A DNA stretch of 32,034 nt. It comes from Nitrososphaerota archaeon (GTDB lineage: Archaea; Thermoproteota; Nitrososphaeria; Nitrososphaerales; Gagatemarchaeaceae). A model generated the notes under the pieces. It saw nothing but the letters and a program-made list of their open reading frames with translations, was not told the DNA's origin and searched no databases. The position numbers were made by a program, and so were the translations under genes. How positions within the stretch are numbered: position 1 is the stretch's first letter; every line of letters starts with the position of its first letter. The stretch is from assembly GCA_016200025.1 (NCBI GenBank), contig JACQFO010000007.1, positions 1 to 32,034 of the forward strand, in the 5' to 3' direction. Of this stretch, positions 9,416-18,648 are shown piece after piece.

Positions 9416-10573
9416 ATGAGAAGAGTCGCGGTGATAGGCGCCGGCATGACCAAGTTCAGAAGGAGGATGCTGGAGACCGGGAGGGAGCTGTCGTTCGAGG
9501 CGAGCAGGATGGCGCTCGACTCGGCCGGCATGGAGATCAAGGACGTGGAGTCCGTGGTGATGGGAACAGCTCCCGACGCCTTCGACGGGATCCACATGAA
9601 GGGAGACTACCTGATGGACGGGGCGGGCGGCACGGACAAACCGTACAGCAGGGTCTACGTGGGCGGCGGGACAGGGGTCTTCGCACCCGTGGCCGGCTGG
9701 TGGCACGTCGCCTCGGGTCTCTTCGACAGCTGCCTGGTGGTCGGGGAGGAGAAGATGTCCCCCCTTCGCCCCCATCCTCAGTACGCCTTCTGGAGCATCT
9801 TCGACCATACACTCGAAAGGCCCCTGGGCGTCACGCTGCTCTGGATCTTCTCGCTTGAGATGAGGCGGTACATGCACGTCCATGGAGTGACGGAGGAGGA
9901 CATCGCGCTGGTGTCTGTCAAGAACAAGGGGAACGCCATGGACCATCCTTGCGCTCAGCTGCCGGCCCGGATAACGGTCGACGACGTGATGAAGAGCGAA
10001 CCCATATGCCTGCCAGTCAAGAGGCTCGACGTCTCGCCCACCTCTGACGGCGCAGCAGCAGTAATGCTGGTCTCCGAGGAAGTGGCGAGGAAGTACACCG
10101 ACGACCCGGTCTGGGTCGACGGAGTTGGTTGGAACGTCGACACCCAGTATTGGACCAACAGGGACCTGTACTACCCGAGGTATGTCGAGAAGGCAGCGAG
10201 GATGGCCTACAAGATGGCGAAGATCGACAACCCCAGGAAACAAATCGACTTCGCCGAGGTCTACGACCCATTCGATTACAAAGAGCTGCATCACCTGGAG
10301 GGAGTCCTCCTGGCTGACAAGGGGGAAGCCCCGAAGCTCACCCGAGAGGGAGTGACCCAGCGCGACGGGGACCTGCCCGTGAACCCGTCGGGCGGCCTCC
10401 TCGGTGTCGGGAACCCGATCGCTGCCGCCGGGACCATGAAGGTCTGCGAGCTCTTCTGGCAGCTCCGAGGCGAGGCCGGCAAGAGGCAGGTGAAGAAGGA
10501 GGTCAACAGAGGGCTCGCCCAGGCCTGGGGCGACCTGCTGCAGGTGGGGACCGTGATAACGATGAGAAGGTAG
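9416..10573 (+). CDS. Thiolase-fold (SCP2/Ltp2-like) protein lacking the catalytic Cys, subunit B
   Basis: RRVAVIGAGMTKF, RVYVGGGTG in place of the CASG loop, GEEKMS, SPTSDGAAA, AEVYDPF, VNPSGGLLGVGNPIAAAG, QLRGEAGKRQV. Confidence 0.88.
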   Translation: MRRVAVIGAGMTKFRRRMLETGRELSFEASRMALDSAGMEIKDVESVVMGTAPDAFDGIHMKGDYLMDGAGGTDKPYSRVYVGGGTGVFAPVAGWWHVASGLFDSCLVVGEEKMSPLRPHPQYAFWSIFDHTLERPLGVTLLWIFSLEMRRYMHVHGVTEEDIALVSVKNKGNAMDHPCAQLPARITVDDVMKSEPICLPVKRLDVSPTSDGAAAVMLVSEEVARKYTDDPVWVDGVGWNVDTQYWTNRDLYYPRYVEKAARMAYKMAKIDNPRKQIDFAEVYDPFDYKELHHLEGVLLADKGEAPKLTREGVTQRDGDLPVNPSGGLLGVGNPIAAAGTMKVCELFWQLRGEAGKRQVKKEVNRGLAQAWGDLLQVGTVITMRR

Positions 10574-10576
10574 GCC

Positions 10577-12547
10577 TTGGCTTCGGATGGCAAGGCTCCG
10601 CTGTGGGAGCCAGACGAGAAGCGGAAAGCGGAGACGAACGTGGCCCGGTTCGCGGAATCCTTGGGGAAGACTGCGCTCGGCGCCTCGGAGTACGACCAGC
10701 TTTGGAGGTGGTCCGTCGAGGACCTCGAAGGCTTCTGGGGAGCGGTCTGGAGCCATCATCGCCTGAAGTCGAGCGCCCCCTACGCGCGGGTCCTCCGAGA
10801 AAGAAAGATGCCGGGCGCAGTCTGGTTCGAGGGAACCCGTCTGAACTATGCGGAGAGGGTCCTGAACGCGGCCGATGGCCCGGGCCCTGCGCTGATGTCG
10901 CTCAATGAAGCTGGAGAAGTCAGGGAGATGAGCTGGCAGGAGCTCAGGAGACAGGTCTCCTCGGTTGCGGCATGGCTCAAAGACGCGGGCGTTGGCAGGG
11001 GGGACAGGGTCGCGGCCTACGCCTCAAACGTGCCTGAGGCGTTGGTCTCCTTCCTGGCGGCCGCCAGCATCGGGGCCGTCTGGTCTAGTTGTTCTTTGGA
11101 CTTTGGGGCGCCGAGCGTGAAAGACAGGTTCAGCCAGATAGCCCCGAAGGTGCTCGTCGCCTCCACCTCCTACTCCTACGGCGGGAGGCTTTTCGAGAGG
11201 GGCGAAGGAGTTGCTGAAGTGGCGGCATCCCTCCCTTCCCTGGAGAGGACCGTAATCCTACCCGGGGGCCGGGCGCCTTCGTCGCTGAAAGGCGCCGCAG
11301 ACTGGGATGAGCTTCTGGGGCGGGGTTCGGCGCAGACCTTCGAGCAGGTCCCTTTCGACCATCCCCTCTGGATCCTCTACTCGTCATGGACGACGGGCCT
11401 CCCAAAGCCCATTGTGCACGGCCACGGGGGCATACTCGTCGAGCACCTCAAGGCCCTCTCACTTCACAACGACGTCCGCCCCTCCGACCGCTTCTTCTGG
11501 TACACGACGACCGGCTGGATGATGTGGAACTATCTGGTCGGAGGACTGTTACTCGGCGCGACCGTGGTGCTCTACGATGGGAGCCCGTCGTATCCGGATG
11601 CGAACGCCCTGTGGACGCTCGCCGAGAGGACCGGGGCCTCTATTCTCGGGACCAGCGCGGCCCACCTGGGCCTCTGCATGAAGGCCGGGGTTTCACCACG
11701 GAGCACCCACAGGCTGAGTGCCCTGAGATGCATAGGTTCCACCGGGTCGCCCCTTTCTCCCGAGGCCTTCTCCTGGGTCTACGCAGAGGCAAAGGACGAC
11801 GTCTGGCTTGCCTCGATAAGCGGAGGCACCGACCTCTGCACAGCGTTCGTCGGAGGCTGTCCTGTGCTCCCGGTCTACGCAGGGGAGATCCAGTGCAGAT
11901 GCCTGGGGGCGAAGGTGGAGGCCTTCGACGAAAAGGGGGCATCTGTAGTCGGGAAGACCGGCGAGCGCGTCCTCACCGAGCCGTTGCCGAGCATGCCGCT
12001 GTACTTCTGGGGCGACCCCGACGGCGCCCGCTACCGGGAAAGCTACTTCGACGACTTCCCTGGCGTCTGGAGGCATGGGGACTGGTTCGAGGTAACGCCC
12101 AGGGGCACCTGCATCATCCATGGGCGATCGGACGCGACGATAAAGAGGATGGGCGTGCGAATCGGAACCGGCGAGATCTACAGGGTCGTCGAGGCACTGC
12201 CGGAGGTGGCTGACTCCCTGGCCGTCGACCTGGGGAGCGGGGGACAAGGCGACGTGCTCCTCTTCGTCTGCCTGAGGCAAGGGGTGAAGATGGACGATGA
12301 CCTAGAACGGAGAATCAAGGAAAAGGTCAGGAGGGACCTTTCCCCAAGGCACGTCCCGGACAGGGTCGTCGAGGCGCCGAGCATACCGAGGACCATCAAC
12401 GGCAAGAAGTTAGAGGTCCCCATCAAGAGGATCCTCCTGGGGGCTGACCCCATGAAGGCGGTCAACATCGGGTCCCTGGCCGACCCCCAATCGGTCGATT
12501 ACTACTCCAGGCTCGCGAAGACGATCGCGGTAGGTGGAAAAGTTTGA
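10577..12547 (+). CDS. Acetoacetate-CoA ligase (acetoacetyl-CoA synthetase)
   Basis: LWEP, LWRWSV, WFEGTRLNYAE, PFDHPLWILYSS(W)TTGLPKPIVHGHGG, YTTTGWMMWN, STGSPL, SISGGTD, WRHGDW, GRSDATI, PRTINGKKLEVPIK. The P-loop Gly reads as Trp. Confidence 0.93.
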   Translation: MASDGKAPLWEPDEKRKAETNVARFAESLGKTALGASEYDQLWRWSVEDLEGFWGAVWSHHRLKSSAPYARVLRERKMPGAVWFEGTRLNYAERVLNAADGPGPALMSLNEAGEVREMSWQELRRQVSSVAAWLKDAGVGRGDRVAAYASNVPEALVSFLAAASIGAVWSSCSLDFGAPSVKDRFSQIAPKVLVASTSYSYGGRLFERGEGVAEVAASLPSLERTVILPGGRAPSSLKGAADWDELLGRGSAQTFEQVPFDHPLWILYSSWTTGLPKPIVHGHGGILVEHLKALSLHNDVRPSDRFFWYTTTGWMMWNYLVGGLLLGATVVLYDGSPSYPDANALWTLAERTGASILGTSAAHLGLCMKAGVSPRSTHRLSALRCIGSTGSPLSPEAFSWVYAEAKDDVWLASISGGTDLCTAFVGGCPVLPVYAGEIQCRCLGAKVEAFDEKGASVVGKTGERVLTEPLPSMPLYFWGDPDGARYRESYFDDFPGVWRHGDWFEVTPRGTCIIHGRSDATIKRMGVRIGTGEIYRVVEALPEVADSLAVDLGSGGQGDVLLFVCLRQGVKMDDDLERRIKEKVRRDLSPRHVPDRVVEAPSIPRTINGKKLEVPIKRILLGADPMKAVNIGSLADPQSVDYYSRLAKTIAVGGKV

Positions 12548-12577
12548 AATGCGCAGGCGGGCGGGAGTGAAGCGGGC

Positions 12578-13087
12578 GTGAGCTCCAGGATAAGGAAGTA
12601 CCCGGGCACGGAGATGGACCTCAAGGAGATTGAGGCCGGCAAGTTCCTGTTCTCAAGCTACGAGACTGTCCTAAGGTATTCGTTCACCTCGGGGGTCGCC
12701 ATCAGCAGGTTCCTCGAAGGGCTCAAGGAAGGACAGCTCTGGGCCAGGGAATGCGACAAGTGCGGCCGCATCCTTATCCCACCGCGCATGTACTGCGAGG
12801 AGGACTTTAGGTCGACGGACAGGTGGGTCCGCGTCCGAGACACAGGGAAGGTGAACACGTATTCAATCAGCTACGTCAACAACGACGCCAGCAGAAGGAG
12901 GACTCCGGTGGTGGTCTCTGTCATAGAGATAGACGGCGCCTCAAAGGGGATGGGCATCCTGCACCTCCTCGGCGAGGTGGACCCGCGAAAGGTGACCGTG
13001 GGGATGAAGGTCGAGGCGGTCTGGAAGCCCAAGAAGGAAAGACGCGGCGCGATAACAGACATCGTGTACTTCAGGCCGAGGCGATGA
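12578..13087 (+). CDS. DUF35 Zn-ribbon/OB-fold protein (thiolase/aldolase partner) 1
   Basis: GVAISRFLEGLKEG, CDKCGR..IPPRMYCEED, GKVNTYSI, VGMKVEAVWK, GAITDI. Confidence 0.9.
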   Translation: MSSRIRKYPGTEMDLKEIEAGKFLFSSYETVLRYSFTSGVAISRFLEGLKEGQLWARECDKCGRILIPPRMYCEEDFRSTDRWVRVRDTGKVNTYSISYVNNDASRRRTPVVVSVIEIDGASKGMGILHLLGEVDPRKVTVGMKVEAVWKPKKERRGAITDIVYFRPRR

Positions 13088-13548
13088 GCATGCCGATGAA
13101 AGAAAGGATCACGAGCGTCGACCGCCAAAGGACCTGGGAAGGCGAGATACCCTTCCACTACGAATACACTGCCGGGGTTTCAGGGGAGAGGTTCCTCCGG
13201 GGCCTGCAGCGCGGGAAGATCCTGGTGCCGAAGTGCGGGAACTGCGGCAGGTCATACCTGCCCCCCAGGGCCTACTGCACCAACTGTTTCCTCGAGATCA
13301 CGTCCTACGTTGAATTGAAGCCCACGGGCAGGGTGTCCGCGCTCGCGGAGAGCCATGTGGATTTCCAGGGGAGGCGCTCGAAGCCCAGGACCTTCGCCTT
13401 CGTCACCTTTGCCGGGGTCACCGGGGGCCTCGTCCATTTCGCAGAAGGGAAAGGACTGCGGATAGGGTCGAGCGTCAGGGCGAAGTTCAAGCCAGCAGCC
13501 AAGAGGAAGGGGACGCTGCTCGACATCGAGACCTTCGTGAAGACCTAG
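13084..13548 (+). CDS. DUF35 Zn-ribbon/OB-fold protein 2
   Basis: ATG 13084 overlaps the upstream TGA; YTAGVSGERFLRGL, CGNCGRSYLPPRAYCTNC, GGLVH, GTLLDI. Confidence 0.9.
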   Translation: MSMPMKERITSVDRQRTWEGEIPFHYEYTAGVSGERFLRGLQRGKILVPKCGNCGRSYLPPRAYCTNCFLEITSYVELKPTGRVSALAESHVDFQGRRSKPRTFAFVTFAGVTGGLVHFAEGKGLRIGSSVRAKFKPAAKRKGTLLDIETFVKT

Positions 13549-13549
13549 G

Positions 13550-14467
13550 TCATCTGCTGACGGGCGTGAGCCACTTTGAGTATCTCTTGGCTTTGCCGTG
13601 GACTATCGAATCGTACAGCTTCCTTATCTTGTCCGTAATCGGGAAGCCGTTGTACCCCACCTTCCTCCCGTCCACTTCGCGGATCTTGGCGATGCCGACC
13701 GCGGTCCCGCTGAAGAAGAGCTCGTCCGACGTGTAGAGCTCTTCCTTAGTGGAATCGTTCCTGTAGAACTTGATCTTGAGGTCCTGGGCCACCTGGATCA
13801 CCGTGTCCCTCGTTATCCCCCTCAGGATGCCGGAGCTGGCCGGTGGGGTGCTCAGGATGTCGTCCTTCACCCTGAAGATGTTCTCCCCTGGGCCCTCGGC
13901 CACCATGCCGTGGCTGTTCAGCATTATCGCCTCGTCGTATCCGGCCGCGAGCGCTTCCATCTTCGCGAGCGCAGAGTTCGCGTAGTTGGCTGCGCACTTC
14001 GCCTGGATCGGGAGGGCACGGGAATCGATCCTTACCCAGCTGGAGATGGTCGCGCGGACCCCGCCGTCGAGGGCCTTCTGCCCAAGGTAGGGGCCCCACT
14101 CCCATGAAGCGATCGCCACCGCGATCTTGTTCTTGAGCGGGTTGAGCCCCATCTCGCCGTAGCCCGTGTAGGCTATGGGTCGGATGTAACAACTCTTGAC
14201 GCCGTTCTTTCTGACCAGTTCGAGGCACGCCTGGGTCAGCTCTTTGGCAGAGAACCGAAGGTCCATCCTGTAGATCTTCGCGCTGTTCAGGAACCTCTCG
14301 ATGTGCTCCTTGAGCCTGAAGACCGCGGGTCCTTCGGTAGTGGGGAAGCACCTAATCCCTTCGAAGACAGCGTACCCGTAGTGAAGGGCGTGGGTGAGGA
14401 TATGGACCTTCGCCTCATCCCAGTCCACCAGCTTGCCGTCCATCCAAATCTTGGAGAGGGACTTCAA
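13550..14467 (-). CDS. ilvE: Branched-chain amino acid aminotransferase
   Basis: IWMDG, HALHYGYAVFEGIR, YIRP, AKCAANYANS, EGPGENIF, ILRGITR, DELFFSGTA; start set to TTG 14467, about 30 nt downstream of CTAAATA. Confidence 0.95.
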   Translation of the reverse strand: MKSLSKIWMDGKLVDWDEAKVHILTHALHYGYAVFEGIRCFPTTEGPAVFRLKEHIERFLNSAKIYRMDLRFSAKELTQACLELVRKNGVKSCYIRPIAYTGYGEMGLNPLKNKIAVAIASWEWGPYLGQKALDGGVRATISSWVRIDSRALPIQAKCAANYANSALAKMEALAAGYDEAIMLNSHGMVAEGPGENIFRVKDDILSTPPASSGILRGITRDTVIQVAQDLKIKFYRNDSTKEELYTSDELFFSGTAVGIAKIREVDGRKVGYNGFPITDKIRKLYDSIVHGKAKRYSKWLTPVSR

Positions 14468-14493
14468 CAGGTGAGATTCGGGCGAATGGACAT

Positions 14494-14540
14494 GGTATTT
14501 AGGGATACCACTTCGCCGCGCATCGAGCCGTTTATTATCG
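14494..14540. promoter_or_regulatory. Divergent promoters ilvE / thiolase (CTAAATA minus; TTTATTA plus at 14531-14537)
   Basis: AT boxes at the expected spacing from TTG 14467 and ATG 14563. Confidence 0.55.
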
Positions 14541-14562
14541 CCAGTTGTCGACGCCCGGGACA

Positions 14563-15741
14563 ATGCCCGACCCGGTCATCATTTCAGCCTGCAGGACCGC
14601 CATCGGCAAGTTCGGCAAGAGCCTCCTCGGGGTCAGCGCACCCAAGCTCGGGTCCGTAGTCGTAAAGGAGGCCCTGCGCAGGGCGAAGGTTCCCCCCTCC
14701 GACGTGGACGAGCTGCTCTTTGGCAACGTAGTCTCGGCGGGGCTCGGGCAGAATCCGGCGCGCCAGGTTTCGATACAAGCAGGCATTCCTTTCAACGTGG
14801 GTTCTGTCACGATAAACAAAGTCTGCGGGTCGGGCCTCAAAGCGGTAATGCTCGCCGCCCAGTCGATCAAGGCCGGGGACAACGAGATAGTCGTCGCCGG
14901 CGGAATGGAGAGCATGAGCAACGCACCCTACCTGGTAAAGGGGGCTCGATGGGGGATCAAGTTCGGGGACGCGAGGCTCCTCGACGCCATGATAGTCGAC
15001 GGTCTCTGGGACGCGTACCACGGATACCACATGGGGGTCACTGGGGAGATGGTCGCCAAGAAATTCAAGATAAGCAGGAAAGAGGCCGACGAGTTCGCGT
15101 ATTCCAGCCACACCAAGGCCGCCCGCGCATCCAAAGAGGGCGCCTTCGACGATGAAATCGTGAAGGTCGAGATCGAAAGAGAGGACGGGGAGACTCACGA
15201 ATTCGGAACCGACGAATGCGTTCGAGGGGACACCACCATGGAGAAGCTTTCGAAGCTCAAGCCGGTCTTCAAGTCGGGGGGCATCCTCACCGCGGGCAAC
15301 TCTTCACAGCTCAGCGACGGCGCGTCCGCCCTCGTCGTCGCCTCCCAGGAGGCAGCTGACAGAATCGGGGCGAAGCCCATCGCCAGGATAAGGTCCTACG
15401 GAACCGGCGGCCTGGAGCCATCGAGGGTGATGGAGGCCCCGATCCCCGCGACCCGGGCGCTCCTGAAGGCCACCAAGATTACGGTCGACGACCTGGACCT
15501 CTTCGAGCACAACGAAGCCTACTCGACCGCTTCCATCGCGGTCAGACGGGCTCTGGGCGTGGACGAAGCCAAGTTCAACGTGAGCGGCGGCGCGGTTGCT
15601 CTCGGGCATCCCATCGGCTGCAGCGGAGCGAGGGTCCTGACGACCCTGATCTACGGCCTCAAGAGGACCCGGGGGAGGACGGGCCTGGCGACCCTTTGCC
15701 TGGGCGGAGGCAACGCAGTCTCCATGGTCATCGAGAGGTAG
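14563..15741 (+). CDS. Canonical acetyl-CoA C-acetyltransferase (thiolase, AtoB-like)
   Basis: All catalytic motifs intact: INKVCGSG, GGMESMS, TAGNSSQLSDGA, HNEAY, GHPIGCSG, LCLGGG. Confidence 0.96.
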   Translation: MPDPVIISACRTAIGKFGKSLLGVSAPKLGSVVVKEALRRAKVPPSDVDELLFGNVVSAGLGQNPARQVSIQAGIPFNVGSVTINKVCGSGLKAVMLAAQSIKAGDNEIVVAGGMESMSNAPYLVKGARWGIKFGDARLLDAMIVDGLWDAYHGYHMGVTGEMVAKKFKISRKEADEFAYSSHTKAARASKEGAFDDEIVKVEIEREDGETHEFGTDECVRGDTTMEKLSKLKPVFKSGGILTAGNSSQLSDGASALVVASQEAADRIGAKPIARIRSYGTGGLEPSRVMEAPIPATRALLKATKITVDDLDLFEHNEAYSTASIAVRRALGVDEAKFNVSGGAVALGHPIGCSGARVLTTLIYGLKRTRGRTGLATLCLGGGNAVSMVIER

Positions 15742-17404
15742 CCTGCTCCTTCAGCTGGCGCCGGAGCACCTTTCCCACCAGGGTCTTGGGGAGGTCCTGG
15801 ACGAAGGCGTAGGTCCTGGGGGCCTTGTAGTTGGCGAGCCTCTCCTTGCAAAACGCCAGCAGCTGCGCCTCGGCTCCCTCCGTAGGGACCCCTTCCTTCA
15901 GTACGACGAAGGCCTTCACCGACTCCCCCCTGTATTCGTCGGGGACCCCGATCACGGCTGCCTCCTTGACCAGCGGACTCTCGAACAGGACTTCTTCCAC
16001 CTCCCGGGGGTAGACCTTGAGGCCTCCGACGTCGACCATGTCCTTTTTCCTGTCGACGATGTACAAGTAACCGTCATCGTCCATCTTCGCGATGTCGCCG
16101 GTGAGCAGCCAGCCGTCGAGCAGGACCAAACCGGTCTCTGCCGGGTTGTTCCAGTAGCCCTTCATCACCTGGGGGCCCTGGATCTCGAGTTCGCCAACCT
16201 CGCCGGTCGCCAGGACTTTCGAGGGGTCGTCGAGATCCACGACGCGGACGTCGGTCGAGGGGAAGGGTATGCCAATGGAGCCTTCCTTGGGCAGCCCCCC
16301 CTGGAAGGGGTTCGTCGACCCGACCGCCGCCGTCTCGGTGAGGCCGTAGCCTTCGACCAGGTTGCCGCCCGTGAGCGCGTTGAACTTCTTCCTTACGGCC
16401 ACGGGCAGGGCCGCCCCGCCGGAGAACGCGACCCTCACGGTCTTCAGGTCGAACTTGGCGACCTCGGGATGGTTGTTGATGGCAACGTACATGGTCGGGA
16501 CTCCGCAGAAGCAGGTGACCCTCTCCTTCTGTATGGTCCGCATTACCTCTTTGAGCTCGAACCTGGGAAGAAGGACGACCCGCCCGCCTGAGAGGAGCGG
16601 CGCGTTGAGGCACGCGGTCATCCCGAAGATGTGGAAGAGCGGCAGGACGGCGAGGGACACGTCGGCACCTGTGAGCGGGAGCGACATGGCCCCGATCGTC
16701 GCAGCTGCCAGCAAGTTGTGGTGGGTCAGCATGGCCCCCTTCGACGTCCCAGTCGTGCCACCGGTGTACTGGAGGACCGCGAGGTCTTCCATTGGGTCGA
16801 TGTGGGCGAACTCCACGAGGGGCCGGGCAGCCTCGACCAGCTCCACGAACCTGTGCGTCTCCCTCCTCCTCAGGTCCTTGACCTTGGCGAGCCCGGCGAG
16901 CCTCCGTTTGATGCCTGGGAGGTAGTCGGTGACGCTCGCGGTAATCACGTGTCTGATGGAGAGCCTCTGGCGACACTTCTCCAGGCTGGAGTAGAGGTCG
17001 TTCCCACGGACGACGTCGTTCGCGGCGACAACGATTGTGCTCCCTGAATCCCTGAGCTGCTGTTCGAGCTCGCGCTCCTTGTAGAGCGGGCTGCAGGGGA
17101 CCGCGACCGCACCAACCTTGAGGATGCCGAAGTACGCGAAAACGAACTGGGGAGTGTTTGGGGAGAAGATGGCCACCCTGTCGCCCTTCTTGACTCCCAG
17201 TCCCACAAGGGATGAAGCGAAGCGAGAGGAGACCTCGTCCACCTGAGAATAGGTCATGGTGCGACCTTGGTACCTAAGGCAGGGCGCCAGGCCGCGCGTC
17301 GACGCGGTCTTCGTCAGGACGGAATGCAACGGCTCCCGGGGGACAGCCGCCTCCTTCGCAAGGTAATCGGGCCAGGACTTGTACCAGAGTCGTTCGGTCT
17401 GCAA
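15728..17404 (-). CDS. Long-chain fatty acid-CoA ligase (FadD-like)
   Basis: LQYTGGTTGTSKGAMLTH, LPLFHIFG, EGYGLTE, GPQVMKGYWN, TGDIA, IVDRKKDM, VYPREVE, LPKTLVGKVLRR. Confidence 0.95.
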   Translation of the reverse strand: MQTERLWYKSWPDYLAKEAAVPREPLHSVLTKTASTRGLAPCLRYQGRTMTYSQVDEVSSRFASSLVGLGVKKGDRVAIFSPNTPQFVFAYFGILKVGAVAVPCSPLYKERELEQQLRDSGSTIVVAANDVVRGNDLYSSLEKCRQRLSIRHVITASVTDYLPGIKRRLAGLAKVKDLRRRETHRFVELVEAARPLVEFAHIDPMEDLAVLQYTGGTTGTSKGAMLTHHNLLAAATIGAMSLPLTGADVSLAVLPLFHIFGMTACLNAPLLSGGRVVLLPRFELKEVMRTIQKERVTCFCGVPTMYVAINNHPEVAKFDLKTVRVAFSGGAALPVAVRKKFNALTGGNLVEGYGLTETAAVGSTNPFQGGLPKEGSIGIPFPSTDVRVVDLDDPSKVLATGEVGELEIQGPQVMKGYWNNPAETGLVLLDGWLLTGDIAKMDDDGYLYIVDRKKDMVDVGGLKVYPREVEEVLFESPLVKEAAVIGVPDEYRGESVKAFVVLKEGVPTEGAEAQLLAFCKERLANYKAPRTYAFVQDLPKTLVGKVLRRQLKEQATSR

Positions 17405-17520
17405 GGCTCTGTGCTCTAATCGAAGGGGGTCGTGCCTTAAGGCTTCCCTGAGTCCGACGTTGCTCCGATTGCCTCCTTAGGCTTAAGTATGCAGGGCCTT
17501 CGTTTCAAGCGGAACCCGAT

Positions 17521-18645
17521 TTGGCTGCGGAAACGGAACGATACCTGGTCCTCTGCGTCGACAGGGACGACGACCTCGGCGTCAAGACAAAGCTCGAGAC
17601 GCCCGTGGTAGGAAGGGCCGCGGTCCTCGCTGCCGGCACCAGCCTCGCGCTGGCGGACCCGGAAGAAGCGGACGCCAATGCCATCTTCTCAGCGGTCAAA
17701 AAGTACGACGAGCTGACTCGCGCCGGGACCCTCTGCGAGGTCGCGGTGGTCTGCGGCGAGTCCAACAGGGGCTTCGAGGCCGACCGGAGGGTGGGGAAGG
17801 AGGTCGCCCAGGTGCTTGGTTCATCGCAATATGCGGGCGTCATCCTAGTCTCGGACGGAGGGGAGGACGAACAGGTCATTCCGATAATCCAGAGCATGAG
17901 GCCCATCGTCTCCGTCCAGAGGGTCACTGTAAAGCACAGCCAGACCGTGGAAGAGACGTACCAGGTCCTAGGAAGATACCTGAGGATGCTGGTCTTCGAC
18001 CCGCACTACTCAAAGTGGAGCCTTGGAGTCCCAGGCCTGATCTTCATACTTGCGGGGATCCTGATAGTCTCTCAGCACACCTTCGAAGCTGAGCTTGCTG
18101 CGCTGCTGGTCCTTGGCGGGGCCTTCTTCATCCGAGGGTTCAACATCGACCGCACCGTGGCCGGACTCCTGCAAAGGGGGCCGACGGGCTACATCAGGCT
18201 CTTCACCATGGTCGCCAGCGTGCTGATCGTCCTCGCCGGGGTCATCAGCGGGTACGGCAGCATGGTGAGCCAGGCGCAGGACTACGTCAGAGCGGTCGTC
18301 TCCGAGCCCGGGGCGCTCTTCGTCTATGGGGCTACGCTGGCCGGATATCTGATCAACGGCAGCCTTGCGCTGGTCTGGACCGGAATCGCGATCTATGCAA
18401 TGGGGGCGCTGCTCTCCCACATAGCCAGAGACAGCGTCCTGTGGAAGCGCGACGGGTTCGTGCTGGCCATGCTCGCGATCCTCTACCTCCCAGTAAGGAC
18501 CTTCTCCGAGTTCCTGATCAGGGGGACGACGGAATCGACCTTCCTTCTGATCTCCTACGTCCTGATCGGGCTCGCGGCGATCTTCGCCCTGACCACGACC
18601 ATCTACCCCAGGGTCAGGCCGAAGGCCGGGTCAGAACCGGAGTAG
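17521..18645 (+). CDS. DUF373 family archaeal membrane protein
   Basis: LVLCVDRDDDLG, ALADPEEADAN, VSDGGEDE, VKHSQTVEETY followed by TM helices. Confidence 0.85.
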   Translation: MAAETERYLVLCVDRDDDLGVKTKLETPVVGRAAVLAAGTSLALADPEEADANAIFSAVKKYDELTRAGTLCEVAVVCGESNRGFEADRRVGKEVAQVLGSSQYAGVILVSDGGEDEQVIPIIQSMRPIVSVQRVTVKHSQTVEETYQVLGRYLRMLVFDPHYSKWSLGVPGLIFILAGILIVSQHTFEAELAALLVLGGAFFIRGFNIDRTVAGLLQRGPTGYIRLFTMVASVLIVLAGVISGYGSMVSQAQDYVRAVVSEPGALFVYGATLAGYLINGSLALVWTGIAIYAMGALLSHIARDSVLWKRDGFVLAMLAILYLPVRTFSEFLIRGTTESTFLLISYVLIGLAAIFALTTTIYPRVRPKAGSEPE

Positions 18646-18648
18646 CTC

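Noticed and set aside
9296..10759. 487-aa antisense ORF, and similar long overlapping ORFs such as 16074-16976, 11386-12213 and 6949-7728
   Set aside because: Expected shadow ORFs of GC-rich coding sequence, with no motifs or promoters
17434..17443. Palindrome GCCTTAAGGC between the fadD-like and DUF373 genes
   Set aside because: Short, and adequately explained as the TATA-like box about 30 nt upstream of TTG 17404
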